This document shows, piece by piece, positions 38,605-53,180 of a stretch of DNA of 64,000 bases. A model generated the notes under the pieces. That model saw only the letters and a list, made by a program, of their open reading frames with translations, did not search any database and was not told the origin of the DNA. Positions within the stretch are counted from its first letter, which is position 1; each line of letters starts with the position of its first letter. This DNA comes from Tubiluchus corallicola (lineage: Eukaryota; Animalia; Priapulida): the NCBI GenBank assembly GCA_030141605.1, contig JAQGDQ010000029.1:620001-684000 (forward strand), written 5' to 3'. A program made the position numbers and the translations under genes.

Positions 38605-41600
38605 ATATGATCATTAGGCCTGCGTTTTAGTTAAAAAATGTATGTAATACAACATATACAATACATTATGCATATATTAATAGGTTCAGCAATGTAATAA
38701 GAAGTTTATTTGTGCTTATTTGTGCCATTCGAATAGGCAAAACACGAGTTTACAAAACGCATTACAATTTCAATAATGAAATGTAAAGGCACCTTCAACG
38801 ACTAAACAACGCACACAGCATAGCTACATGTTTTCGTAAAAATCAAATATTTAAACAAAATAAGTTAGTGTCTACGTTCAAAAAACAAAATATTTACAAT
38901 TATTCAATGTAACCTATGCTCATATGCAACAATGCATTCTAAGAAGCTTATATAAAAATGTGCTCTAGAATTCTCTTTATAATACGAGAAAGCACCAAAT
39001 CACGCCTTCAGTAATTATCGCAACTCTTTGCTACATATTTATGCCATTCAAACACACGAAACTTGCGAAAAAATAACAATCAATATTTTCTGTTGCCGGC
39101 GCAGTTTGTTTTACGTTTTCATTAACTAGTGAGGTTACAAGCGGAATGGATTTCACGTAAGTAAACAGAGTTGAAACTACTTGCACCCACAACCTCTAAA
39201 ATAGCGCAGGGGCAGTGACATTTAGTTGCATATAAACCAAATTTTTAGAATTTAAGTTTTATGACTATAATATATATAAAAAATTACTTTGACTGCACCG
39301 TAAATTAGTATAGAGGAGAATGTAAACAAGCCTGCAATCATAAACTTTTGTAGTGAATACCTCACAATAAATTTGAATTGATTCCCAATCCTAGAACGAT
39401 ACATTATAATTTCTACATGTTTGTTATTTCACAAGAATTATAGCTTTCTCATATGTCAATGCCAGGCGACTTTTTGGTGTCAACATTTCATTAAAATAAT
39501 TCTGAAATTATGAAATTAAAACTATAACTAAAATTCATAATTAGTCAAGTCCATAAGTCATGACTAATGTTGGGTTATTTGGTGAACTTTTGGGAATAAG
39601 TTAAGGTCAGCGGTGGTCACAAGATGCCTTTTTGTGATTGAACTTGATGTTGGACTTGCAATCCAAAGACCTCTGCCTCAAATTAAGACTAAATCTCGAT
39701 TTTTCACATTTCCTTCCCTTTGATCAAGAATGGTTTCAAAAATTCTATAAATATGTTTGCAAAATTTTTCGTCATTCATGTACAACGTGGTAAAATAGTT
39801 AACCTTCCTCGTCCTAGAGTATTTAATAGTTCTTATTTGCTTACAACCCCCTGCATTGATTGCAACAATCGTGAATAAACAGATACCTGTAAACCCACAA
39901 AGCTGTAAACCTGTAACACTTAAATTTTATTTCGGATATCTTTCTCCTTGAACTCGAGTGCAGTCGATCGTATCCGGACATTGTCCGATTTTATAAGATA
40001 CTGGGGCTCAAGGTTGCAGCATCCACGTCATTGCATAATAGTTATACCCAGAATGCGTGCGCCACAGGTATGTACATATTTTAAATCGACTGAAACCAAT
40101 ACCGTTCGACTTCTAATTTGCGAGACTCAGACTTTAAATGTCGCGTTAATTAACGTAAATTTTACAATTTTTTTAAAAATCAGTACTTTTTAAACGCGTC
40201 CAATTAGTAACTACAAACCAGTGATCACATTTCCAAACTAAAGCGTTTAAAATCCAACACTCTAATTCTTTAACAAAGCGGGCAAATCATGCCGTTAAGT
40301 TGGATCAATGTAAATCCATGGAGAAATCGCAGAAGTTGTGCATGGAAAATCAATTTGACGCTTCAATCAGGCACAACAACCAGAAGCAAAAATTATATGT
40401 TTGTTTTCTCGCTTACAGGGAGGCAGTTATTAGAACTATTATGGCTAGTTTTCCAAGCCTCGCAATACTTATATGCAAAGCAAACCGGAATTGCTTAGAA
40501 CTTGTTTTTTATTCGTGTTCCAAACACGCTACAAGTTTAAACCATTACAATAGCCATTCTTTTGCAAACTAGACTAATCCTGTTTCTGTTCAATCACTGA
40601 ACGTTGTGTTAGAACTAAGGCGTTTTAGTCTGATTTACAGATCAAATTCAACAGCCAAACTTTGGAACCAAGCGAATTTCCTGCTGTTTTAAGGCTAAAT
40701 CACTGTGTCTTCATTCTTGAGTAGACTAAATAAAGCCCAGTAGAAACCTAGTATTGTGAGTACTGTCTAGCTGTTATATTTATATTTAAGAGTTAATAGA
40801 CCATTTCAGGAACAAGATTATAATAAGCGCTGCTTTCAGACCTACACGAGGCATCACGAATTTACCATGCAGAATTTAGAATGACAAACTAAGGTCATTT
40901 TTATAACGACTCGGCTGCTTCACGTCTATCATCATTACTGCATCAAGGTAGTACATCCTCCAGCAGCAAAGAAATAGCATTCCCTTTTAAATTTACTGAA
41001 TTCTGAAGTATACCTGAATGAATAAATGATGGAATTAATCAATCGATGTGTTATTATTAGGAAGAGACTTCCTATTATGACTGACATTCAGCACACCTGC
41101 TTCAAATACAGCTATTCGATTGTACGTCTGCTTTCAATGGCGGTTTCCATTTCGAAATGATGGTAACTCCGAAGTAGCTGTTTGGCTTGTACTTACAATG
41201 GCAAAAACGGCTCAAGTGGCATTTTTAATTAAATTTTTTGATAAAGACTCACTCGTCTTCTTCATGCAAGGACATTGTTCCGGTGCAGTCTAGTTATCGC
41301 AGATTGGTGAAAGATATAACTCACCTTGCAAGAAGTAAAAACCAGATAATTAATCTGTCACTTCTCGTAGTTCTTATCAGTCATCATCAACACCATCATA
41401 TAATTTGCGGTTCATCTTCTAAAACGCTTTGTGGGTGTCCGTGTTCAAGATGTAGCATGCGTTTACGCCTTGGTAAAACAATATTTCGATATTCGGTATT
41501 CCGATGGGTTTGGGTTTTTACACTCAGTGGTGGGCTGTATGTACAGTTACTGTGGATGGTTGTGATTTATCAAGTAACCCGCAGGTCCACATCAGTTACT

Positions 41601-42261
41601 TGGTGCGTCCATACTCGGATGGGCCGATCTGATTGGCTGATTTGCTACGTATTGACCAGAATGGCAACCGACGGTCAGATGGGTTAAAGAAAGGGTATCC
41701 AAATTTCTATATAATCATGGGCTATTAGTGTTTGAGAAAAATCTGAGTTCGGAAAACTACGAATAAAACGTCTAGCTGCTACAAAAATAATTGCTTATAC
41801 TTATAGGTCCAGAATAGGCCAAAATTATAAACTACTTAGTGCGTTGGTCTTCTCTAGTAGCAGTAAGGACATATTTCAAGTACAATATTCTCGACAGGTA
41901 GATCAGTTATTGAACAGGTGCACCACCATCTTCTGCAGCTGCCATCCACTCCATGCTGATGATTTTTAGTCTTTACGGTGCGGTAACTCTTTCTTTTTCT
42001 TGCCCGCTTAAATTACAAGTGAGAACCGGAGCAGGTTATGCTGGAGCCTGGGGCGAATACAAATTGAAGCAGGGTGATGATATTTTTTAAATAATGTGCA
42101 AAAACACCCGCAGCAGTGAGATTCTTTATATACTACAGGAAACGCCGCAAAATTGCGCTTTTCAGGGAAGCGAGAATTGCTGTCTCTCTGAAATATGCAT
42201 GGCTGGGAATATGCAAAAATGAAAAAAACAGCAAAATACTTAGGCAGTAAGTTAGTAAAAA

Positions 42262-42275
42262 AGTAAGTAAGTAAA

Positions 42276-42365
<90 letters not shown>

Positions 42366-42661
42366 CGAGTAAGTGGGTAAGTCAGTGAGTGAGTGAGTGA
42401 GTGAGTGCGTGCGTGCGTGAGTGAGTGAGTGAGTGAGTGAGTGAGTGAGTGAGTGAGTGAGTGAGTGAGTGAGTGAGTGAGTGAGTGAGTGAGTGAGTGA
42501 GTGAGTGAGTGAGTGAGTGAGTGAGTGAGTGACTGAGTATGTATGTATGTATGTATGTATGTATGTATGTATGTATGTATGTATGTATGTATGTATGTAT
42601 GTATGTATGTATGTATGTATGTATGTATGTATGTATGTATGTATGTATGTATGTATGTATG

Positions 42662-42692
<31 letters not shown>

Positions 42693-42725
42693 TTATGTAT
42701 GTATGTATGTATGTATGTATGTAGG
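42262..42725. repeat. Compound tetranucleotide microsatellite (GTAA)n-(GTGA)n-(GTAT)n
   Basis: Read directly; explains the MYVC ORFs. Confidence 0.98.
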
Positions 42726-43953
42726 TAGATAAGTTAGGGAATAACTAAGTCCAATAAAAGCAGTAATATATTAAAAAACAACCCCTCGCTATTACGAGAA
42801 ACACAAACGAATTTCATACCAAAACAATACATGGAAAAGCGTGTAATTCTTGCAGCACAATAAACTGTCTAAAGGGACATGTATTAGGATGTAGAAAGCA
42901 GACAGTCAAAAAAATACAAAGAAGTAAAACAAATAATCGATTACGTCTACTAGATCTGTGACTTCAATAATAGATGTTTTCTAAAAATTTCAGTGATACA
43001 TGTGTGTTCTAAAACTTGGCATTGTTTTCCTTTAATTTGCGGGCAACAACACGCACATAACCTCTACACATCCTCTACAGATCTTGATCCCATTTCACTA
43101 TTTGAGATCAAAGTTCGTTTGGTTAATCGGCAGCAGTTTTTCAACGGAGTCATTTTCGCTTGGTTCACGACTCTTGTGTTTACACAGTAGTTTTGTTCGG
43201 GTCTAAGTAGCTGCTAACGCATCTGTTGTTTACGTTCCCCGGTAGCTTTATCACCTGGACGTGTGCGATACGCGTGCCCTGTGTGCCGTGAGGACGCATA
43301 AAAAACAAAATTGAACACTTAAATATCTTGTAATCTGACGACAAAGACACTTCAAAATACACGAGCCTTATCAAGGTGCTAACTTGTATGTTTCGTCGCT
43401 GAATTATGAATCATTGGATGATTTAATTATAAAATAGTTTAGCTGGCCTTAACGTACGATTTTAACTAAGATAAGCTAGATTCGCTAAACCTAGTGGTTT
43501 ACATTAAACGATATTTAATTAACGTACCGGTTAATGAGCTGAAGAAGAAGAAGAAGATGCTGAAAAATCAAGAACAAGTTGGGACTCGAACCTAAATCTT
43601 GCGATTCATGCTAAACCTAAATTAAATTATATATATAATAGTCCTACATACTTATTGAACGTCTTTAAGTTGAAAAAATCAGTCTTGGATTCCTCAATAA
43701 AAAATTTGTGGTAGCTGCTTCAAAAATTTTTATATTTTCCACAAAGGTGAAACTCACAGTTACAAAAGTGAATAAATAGAGAAGGAAAAGGAGGAGAAGG
43801 AGAAGGAAACATTCAAATATTTCTTTATATTATTTTATTTATTTATTTTTTTAATTTACGGTAAACTTCATAGATAGTAAAATAACACACTGTAGCAAAG
43901 ATACCGTTACAACGTAGAACAGTTTTTATTCTGTTTTATATATATAAATATGT

Positions 43954-44147
43954 AGCGGGCTAAATGGCTGAGTGGACAGATCGCGCATTTTATGCGTGAG
44001 TCATGTAACTGCCGTGGGTTTGATACTCGCTCAGAGCGTTTCATTCGTAAACCTTGATTGTTTGCCTAGTAAGCAGAGGATGTATTTAAAACGGAGCCTG
44101 GCTAGACACCTTTAACGGTTTTCATCTAAGAGGAGTATCATTCATTA
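43954..44147 (+). mobile_element. tRNA-derived SINE relic 1
   Basis: A box TGGCTGAGTGG (43965-43975), decayed B box GGTTTGATACT (44017-44027), short TCAT-repeat tail. Confidence 0.45.
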
Positions 44148-44197
44148 TGAACCAGCCTTTCGTCACACCATAGACATCTTTTTGAGCGCTGGATGTT

Positions 44198-44391
44198 GGG
44201 TATGGTGGCTGAATAATTTAGATTTCGGACTGCTACCATGCAGTCTTGAGTTCGAGCTAGTGGCTGCTAATGTCAGGGCATATATCCTACATAACATTCC
44301 TTATTTATGTGTAGTGTCATTGCCTGTATTGGTGTATCAGTCGCTAAATAGCCGTTAATGCTAACGTTGTCTGCTAAATGAGCTAAATAAA
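44198..44391 (+). mobile_element. tRNA-derived SINE relic 2
   Basis: Decayed A box TGGCTGAATAA (44206), B box GTTCGAG (44250); 3' end GTCTGCTAAATGAGCTAAATAAA resembles L2-type SINE tails. Confidence 0.45.
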
Positions 44392-47300
44392 GAAATTGAG
44401 TCTATGTCTTTTTATCTTTTGTCTTTTGGTACTGAAATGCATAAAAAACATACAACATAATAACAACTAACAGCAGCTGTAGTTTTGGCTGTAGGTTGTC
44501 ATTTTTTCTTCGTCTTGCCTATTCGCCAGACGTAAATTAGGAATCCCCATAATAGAATTAACATAACAGTGTCACATCTTACTTCTTACTTACAAATATA
44601 TCAATGGAATGAACGGCACCTTTGAGAGAAACCTTTCCTCAAAGCCTTAATTGCAGAACCTGTAATCTAAAACAGGTACATACTAACGGTGAAATACGGC
44701 CACAAACCTGTCTATAGGTACATCAGTGATCAGCATGTGGAATGCATACGAATGCTCTACCCAATGCGACAAAAAACAACTAACATTTCTACTTTTAAAA
44801 TTTTATTGAAAATACAACTATAACTAGAGATGACCTCTCCACAAAGGAGACGAAGTAAACAACAATGCAGAAATCATTGTACCATCTAGGTAACAAGCAA
44901 TAAAATTTTACTCTATCTACACAGAGTATTAATTGGTTTTGAAAGATTACATAAATATGTATATTGCATTTTAATGTACGTGATATTGTCGTGTGTTACA
45001 AGCTTTAATTTGTGATGTTATTATACGTATTAGTTTTGTGTTGAAAATTGAAATGTATGTGTTTAACCTCTTTGTATTATATGAATTTCTATCATATTGC
45101 GCTGAACAGGTGAAAGTGCATTGTACACTTCTATTCATAGGCACCAGGCCAACCAACCTACAGGTAATGTTATGACCTTCACTTTAAACTAGGAAGCCCA
45201 TAACATTACCTGCGATTGGTTGGGCAGTGGTTTTCGGTGGAAAGAACGAACAGGTGACATTGTCAGTTGTCTTCTAGTTGTCGTGGAGTGCACTTCTCCT
45301 GTCTGCCTGCCGAGTGTCGTGGATTCCGTAAGGTTTGAAGCATTGTCATCAGGTTTTGTGTTTTTCTATTGTGTTGTTCTTCTCAGCCGTCCCTTTTGAA
45401 TTCTAAGTTTTGGTTTTGTTGTTTCTTTTTTTTAAAATTTCTGTAGTGTCCGTTATGCAGCGCTTACCCGCATCACCGATGGCGGGCCGTAAAGCTATCT
45501 ACCGGGTCGAAAGCCGGAATAATATTATTTACTGATAACTGATATTTGCATGTATTGATGTATTGATATTTGTATTATAATAATTATTATTGTTTGTATT
45601 ATTAGTATTTGTATTATTACATTGAAATATCTCTGTTTCATTATTATTTGGTAGATTTTTAGCTTAACACTGTTCCAAACATCAGTTAATTTTAACTGTT
45701 TATACATAATCGAGTTACTTGTACATTATGATACTTGTGTGTGGATAACAGTCGCAATAAAGATTTATATATATAATTGTAATTATGAGGAAAGGTTCTG
45801 TAATATATATGTATTTACTGCAGAATATCTATATACTATAAATGCATATTACAGAACAGAACCTGTATTCATAATTATATACTGTTTAAGGTGAAAGGCA
45901 GCAGTTCCCGAACCATCGCGAGTTAATTAATATTTATTTCAACCGCCATAAAAATAAGATAGTAAAAGCGAAGTGTTATCCTTTTTATATCATAGGAAAC
46001 CGTTAAATAATTTTACATGAGTGCCTATCATAAAAGTCATAAACGGTTACTCTCCAGCACGGAACAGATCATTCGTGCAAAGCATTCCGAAAGTAATTCA
46101 GTTCGTTCTAAAAAGTCTCCAATGTCAAACAATTCGCACCTGCCGAAATGTTTGGGCTGTTCCACTAATCGTACCACCTCCCATGAAATATATTATGTTA
46201 CAACACTACGCATAGCGGAAAACACTATCATTTTTAAGCACAGGTATTAAACTTGACAATTATTACAAAATTTAATTAGACTGCTGTAAAAGTTACACAT
46301 GCGTTTAGCAACATAATAACACTGGGAAAAATTAAATCATATGAAACGTTTTCTATATAATTAGGCTAGTTGAGTGCTAGTCCCAGGACATTAGACCTAT
46401 TAGTCTCAAAGTTCCTTCAACATGTAACTAATTGGTCAGTTTTACGAGCGACCAATAAAAATTTGTTTTGCTTAAAATAGATAATAATTATCAAACAATA
46501 TAAACTAGTATGCATTATTACTTATTAGGAATTGTTGAGTGTTTTTATTACGTTATTTTCATACCTACTTCAGTATACTATCTTTCAGAGAGAGATACTT
46601 TTATCATTAAAGAAGAACGGGCAACGGATCATAAAATTCTGAGTAAAATAGCCGATTACTTTAGAGTTTGTGCCACGCGTTATGACGCATCCCCGAGGCC
46701 ATAGATACGTGAACTGCACGCTGATGCCTAAATGACACTTTCACAAAGGCCGGGATGTGGTGCATACCTGCGATACGATCCCTGCAACTTAGATTTATGG
46801 GCAAAGTCACAAAGATAAAAAATTAATGTTCTGCCGAAAGTTCCATTTGTGCAGTTCAAAAAGATTGCCGGTATTTACAATTGCTGACCTTCAGTAATAG
46901 CATTGGCAATAGCAATAGCAACAAAACTCATAACAAAGCTTGTCCAACATTAATTATTGGTGCGGCATAAGTGGTCCTAGCTTTTAAGACATTTATAGTA
47001 AACTCAACAGATTCGCCAAACAATATAGTAGACTTAGACGTCTAATATAATTGTGATATAACTGTGGCAGCATACTGTTTGCTTTAATTATGGCAGCTAG
47101 ATCCCAGATGTTTAATGCACTGTAGCATGATAATGATTTTCTGGGCACTGTTGCAGTTAAATTATGAGAACAATAGCAACAATGTCAAAGGTCATTAAAC
47201 ACTCAGTAAAAATAACGAAATGGTGGCGGCGCCCGGATGATGATGATAATTATGACGTTAGCTATGATGATACAATGACCTAAATACATGTAGGATACTG

Positions 47301-47496
47301 TATTAGAACTACAATTCATTGTAAATGACAATAGATGTGTACTTGGTTTTTTTGCTTTAACTTTAACGGATGTGAACCAGGTTTTGTTGATTTAAAAAAC
47401 ACAGCAAATAAATGCCCTCCAACGCTTGAACTATTGTTTTGAAATTAAGGTAGTGTTAAGTGGCTATGACTGGTGTCATGGAAGAAGAAAAGGTTA

Positions 47497-47497
<1 letters not shown>

Positions 47498-47592
<95 letters not shown>

Positions 47593-47705
47593 CCTCCCTC
47601 CATCCATCCATCCATCCATCCACCTTCCTACCTACAGACTGATTCTCCGACCAACCGACCTACCTACCTACCCACCTACCTACATGCTTACATACATACA
47701 TACCT
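47498..47705. repeat. (CT)n grading into (CCAT)/(CCTA)/(ACAT) repeats
   Basis: Read directly from the sequence. Confidence 0.93.
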
Positions 47706-50454
47706 TTCCATCTATCCATCGACCAACCGATTGAATTAAAACTCACACATTCCCTAAAAGAAAATTGACATTATGTAAAGTGCCTAAGAAAATTATATTA
47801 CAACAACTGAATATTTGTTTATATTAACTATAAAATGCCTCGAAATAGCACTTTCAGAATCCAAGAATTACACACTTTACCTACACAAACTTTTGTATTA
47901 TATATAATGCCTAGGGAAGTTTAGAAGAAACTAGTTTAGACACTTTCCCTGGTTTGTTTTGGCATCCTAAAAAATTTCTAGGCATTCCACAGAATACCTT
48001 ATTTCACACTTTGCCTGTAACATATACGCATACATGATCTACGCCTCTTATATCCTTTTTAGATTGCTAATTTTTGGTTCTAATTCAGCACGTACGTACT
48101 TCTGATGAAAACGCTGTAGTTTTAGTTTGTTATAGTATCAGTTTTGACTATATGTTTTTTTATATAGCGTACTAGTGAATAATTTCTTCTTAATATAAGT
48201 TTTAATGTACCTCCATAATACCAGCGTCTTAAGAATTCCAAACTTTCTCACAAGTAATTTGTTTTCCTTTTCCTTAGCTTTGTGGCTTCAGTCATTTCAA
48301 ACTTTCAACATCAGCACCTCCACCGGCGGTTTTGCTTAATATATCTAGGCGCCCCCAGCCATATATGCCATGTAATGTTGCACAGTAGTAATTACTATCG
48401 CCCTCATAAGGTAAGTTGAATGCAAAAGGTGTTCTGTAAATAAGCTACCCGCGAAGAAAATTAATACATGAATTGATACCTGTCTTCATTTTTCTTCTTA
48501 ATAGGTGTGCTGGTCTTCTAGTTAAAGTTCATTAGCTATGCATCAGTAAATAAGATAAAAAAGTGTTTGTTCTTTTTAACGCCGATATGAGCAGGTAAAA
48601 ACAGCTAGCCACGGGTATATATAACAGGTGTGTGATTTGGTAATTAAGCTAAATTACACACCTGTTGCATTATAACACCGCTTTGATGAATTATCTGTCT
48701 GCGGGCTTTTGGTGATTCTATTGTTAATTTGGCTACTTTCCGTGGCGTGTGTGATTTGAGCGCCCCTGGGTGTAAACTTGTGCGGGATAATTTGCCTTGC
48801 AGACTTTTCAGAAATTAGAATGTCAAGTTGTTTGCGAAAAAGGAATAAAGACGTTTTGGCACAGGATTTTCTCCTTCAAATTATCTCACAAGCGCAACAC
48901 TGTTAAAGTGCTATCTTTTGTCGATACAGTGCAGAAAAAAGTATAAAACGCCAAGCTCATATTAAATTAAGCTTAACGTAAATTAGATGGCAAGGCTGTT
49001 CAAAAAGAAACGCAGTTAAAAGCACAAGAAACCCATTTACCTATATAAAGCTAACAAAATTCATCTGGAAGTTTTGTGTCTGGAAGGTGAGTAAGCGACG
49101 AATGTTGGCAGGAACATTTTATATTACAAAGATTTTTCTTTTCTAGTTTCGTAAGTCTTTTGAACAGATAAACGTGATGATAAGTAATATAACTTTGTGT
49201 GGAAAGTTTTTTGGACATAATTTAAAATAGCCTTTTCTTAATATAGTCAATTCAATTCAATTTATCTGATATTTCAACATTAAAATTGCCATACAATACA
49301 TTAAAAAGGATTACTACACATACACAAACACAAAATTTTACATGCAACAACAAAATATATAAAAGCTGCCCACAGCAAATAAGAAGGCGACCACAAACAA
49401 AAAAAATGGTACCGTACATCAAAGTCACTTGCAATATTTGCCATCAGAGCATTGCCAAATTGCACAATTTTGGTAAGCAGACTACATAAAAACGTATATG
49501 AATAAAATGTGGACAATATATTTAGAAATCTACACACATTTTAGATGCACTACAATCGTATTTAATTTTAAAAAGTTTCCTTATAGCATTGTTGTACGAC
49601 ACCCCCTAAGTTTCTCTAGAAGATAGTTTTGTCAAAATTAACCCACAGTGAACAACAATAGAAAGTGCAACAGTAACTTTTGGAGAGAAATGTTAATTAC
49701 TAAAATTATTGCAAATTATTACAAATTACTAAACTTCCTCATTAAAGTAGGTCCTATGAGGAATTAAGTATTAGGTCATTAAGCGTATTTTTGTCGCATA
49801 CAGATGGCCTAATATATACGAAGCCTTAATTAGGCCTTAAGACGTTGATCTATACTAACCGTTATCAACGTGTCTGTGCGGGTTCGTTTACCTGATCCTT
49901 TTATAAATCTTTCTTTAGATCAGTGCCAATGACCCTATATCACAAACCCTTTTTGTGCTATACTTTTTATTTGATCTGACATCAGCAGTTTGAAATAGAC
50001 GATAACGTATTTGCCAAATATGATTAACCCATGTACTGGCTCTTGCAAAACTCATGTGATATAACCTACATGTAAATGTCACACAACATTTGTGGAATTT
50101 TCAAACCCTTCAGCGCAGTTTTAGCTTTTTCATCATTTCATAATTACCTAAAAATAATAATAGTTTGCACGACACATGCAACGCTTCAATATTTTTCATT
50201 ATTTTTTAGCATTACTATTAAACAAAATCACACATCCTGTCGGCGTTATTCTTGCATCACTGTTATTTTCATCATCATCATCATCATCGTCATCTTCATC
50301 AACATCGAGGTCGCCCTCATTATGTTGGAATTTTTTTGCTAGAGAAATAATCTCTGGATAGCGTGTGACTGTTGAAATCAGAGCCCTGAGGAAATGTACA
50401 AATGGTGAATTGTCCCGTGGTAAAATAAAAACCTAGCGAATTGCACACTTGTAG

Positions 50455-50690
<236 letters not shown>

Positions 50691-51139
50691 AAAAGTTGGT
50701 TTAATGACAGCACTAACACCAGCGCCCGCTAATGACCGGGTTTCTTCTATTTTAGAGTGAAGAAATAGCGTGATGAACGTTTCTGGCTAAAATGTGCCGC
50801 GCAAATAATCAATCGCTCTAATTTTCTCGTGACCTGATGGTATGCACACAAACAGTTTGTGGTTTCTCGTTGAGTATTCTAAGCGCAAAATATTTTATAA
50901 ATAAGCGGGAAAGGGAGTGATCCCGGGCGAACACATATTTAGCTGGTCTAGAAAATTATGATTATTATTTGTTTGCATTACAAATTGTTTACGTTTATGT
51001 ACGGTCGTTCATCCCTTGCTTGGCTGGTGTAAATTTTTTGCTCTACGCTCCCTATGTAATACATTGCTATTCGCCACAGAATAATACACGCTGCTAAGCC
51101 TGTTATAACTCACACTACTGCATCACTGTTGAATTCCTT

Positions 51140-51260
51140 TCGCTCTCTCCCCTCCCCTTCTCCCTCTCTCTTACTCCTCTCTCTCTCCTACTTTCTTTTC
51201 CCCTGCTCTCTCTCTCTCTCTCTCTCTTTCTCTCCTCTATCTCCTACTTTCTTTCCCCTC

Positions 51261-51355
<95 letters not shown>

Positions 51356-51390
51356 TCTCTCTCGCTCTCTCTCCCTCTCTCTTTCTCTCT
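51140..51390. repeat. (CT)n pyrimidine tract
   Basis: Read directly from the sequence. Confidence 0.95.
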
Positions 51391-53180
51391 GCCGCACTAG
51401 CGTCTCCTCATTTTTCACACTTACACTAAACCTTTTACACATTTTCACTTGAGCGACCCCTGTTATAGCCTTCACATTATGTTTTTATTCAGCTTCACAC
51501 TGGCTTGCCTACAGAAAAATACTACGCAACAAAGAACGAATTTTTGAATGATGGCGCTTCTCGAGTACAAATACGTTGAATTTGATTAGCATCAGTAGAG
51601 GGCTAACGGTTGTTAATTTTTGCAAAGCAATATCCGGCAAAAACGCCTCTGGACATTTTTACCAAGCATTTACATCTCAAGGTGTTCGGATACATCTAAA
51701 AATCGTGGGAAAGTGATATTTGAAGCCATATTATAGAAGCAAAATTTTTCGGGTGCCTACATGAACATTGTTATTTTCTATACTCATTTCCGTATCATTG
51801 TCACGGTCAAAACATCAACTTTTAAATTCAGTTTTCTGCGTCTAAAAAGTGAAATTTGAATCCGTGTTTTGTAATGTGTAATTGTGCAGTAACTGAGAAT
51901 TTACGTATTAAACACATAGGTCAGACAATTATCGATGTGACCTTATGGAATTTAGACCCAAAAATTATTTGTAAATTAACAAACGATGTATTAGCAAAAT
52001 TTTAATACTGTACTTGAAACTCAGAACATGCCCATTTATATAGTACGTCTATACTTAACTATCTATAAGTATCTCGTTTTTCTGACATCTTGTTAAATTA
52101 CAGTGTGTACCTGCTATTGTTGGACCTATACTATCCCGTGGTCATTAATAACTGACTAACTAGGCCTAATACAAAATAGCGTTCACTGTTTTAACTGCAA
52201 TAAACACAGATTTGATGAGAATGTTGTAATGTGAACGCAGACGGAACAGTTACTGTAGATGAAGACTTCCTACTGTGTCTTTGATTCAAGGTTTAATAAA
52301 ATTCCTGAATCGGCAAGCTGCGGTGGCCAAAAATGGTACAGTAAACTACTTTCTGTTGATTTAAATCAAGTCAGTATTAGTAATATGTCAGTATGACGAC
52401 TATGAATGGTGGCTTCGCTTGCGTTACACGATGTTTAGTGTAAATTCAGCTTAAAATTCATAATAGAAACCCACATAGACTACGAACTCGTTCCCGCTGT
52501 TCAGAATGGTCTCATTTACAGTTCTACGTATTAGTTCAGTTGGTCCGTCCTCCAAAATCTGTTTTCTTTTCCAATTTTTCGTCTGGCTTCAAGATGGAGT
52601 TGATTGAGAAAGCAGCTAAAATCGTATAATCTGTCTGACACGCTATACGATCAAATTGCAGACATGCTGTATTTCATTTCTAGTACACTACACATCCGCA
52701 AAAAAAGTAGTACAAAAAGTAAAAATAGTAAATACAAAATATAAATACAAAAATACAAAAAGTAAAAAAAGTTCTTTTTTTGTTTCGTTTTTTCACATTT
52801 TATGAAAAGGTTGTGTAGTAACTTGTGTATTTGTGTTTATAGTATGCAGCAAACACCTTTAAGGTAAAGTATTTTATTAGTTTTATTTTTGTGACTGAGC
52901 GCAAACTTAACAAATTAACAGGGATGTTTTTACATTGGAAGTAAGCAAAATGTTTTGCAATGTATATTATTTATGATATGAATTCACAATAACTTTATGC
53001 TGATGACAATGATAACTGGTCTAACGAAAACATTTACGTTTTTATAAATACCGTTTTACTGCTTAAAGTTTCATTCGAGTATTTCGTATCCTATTCTAAA
53101 TTGAAAAAAACTAATTTTCGTATGGTATATGAATCCGTAGCAAGACAGACATTAACTTAGGCCATTGAAAAAGTAGTCTA

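Noticed and set aside
41238-41687. 149-aa ORF in the intergenic region
   Set aside because: TTG start, no recognisable domain and no convincing splice context.
43578-43612. tRNA gene on the minus strand (B box GGTTCGAGTCC)
   Set aside because: Only the T-arm half is present; no A box or cloverleaf.
45450-45520. Twister-ribozyme-like look (TTATGCAGC...CCGGGTCGAAAGCCGG)
   Set aside because: No downstream strand to close P2/P1 or the pseudoknots.
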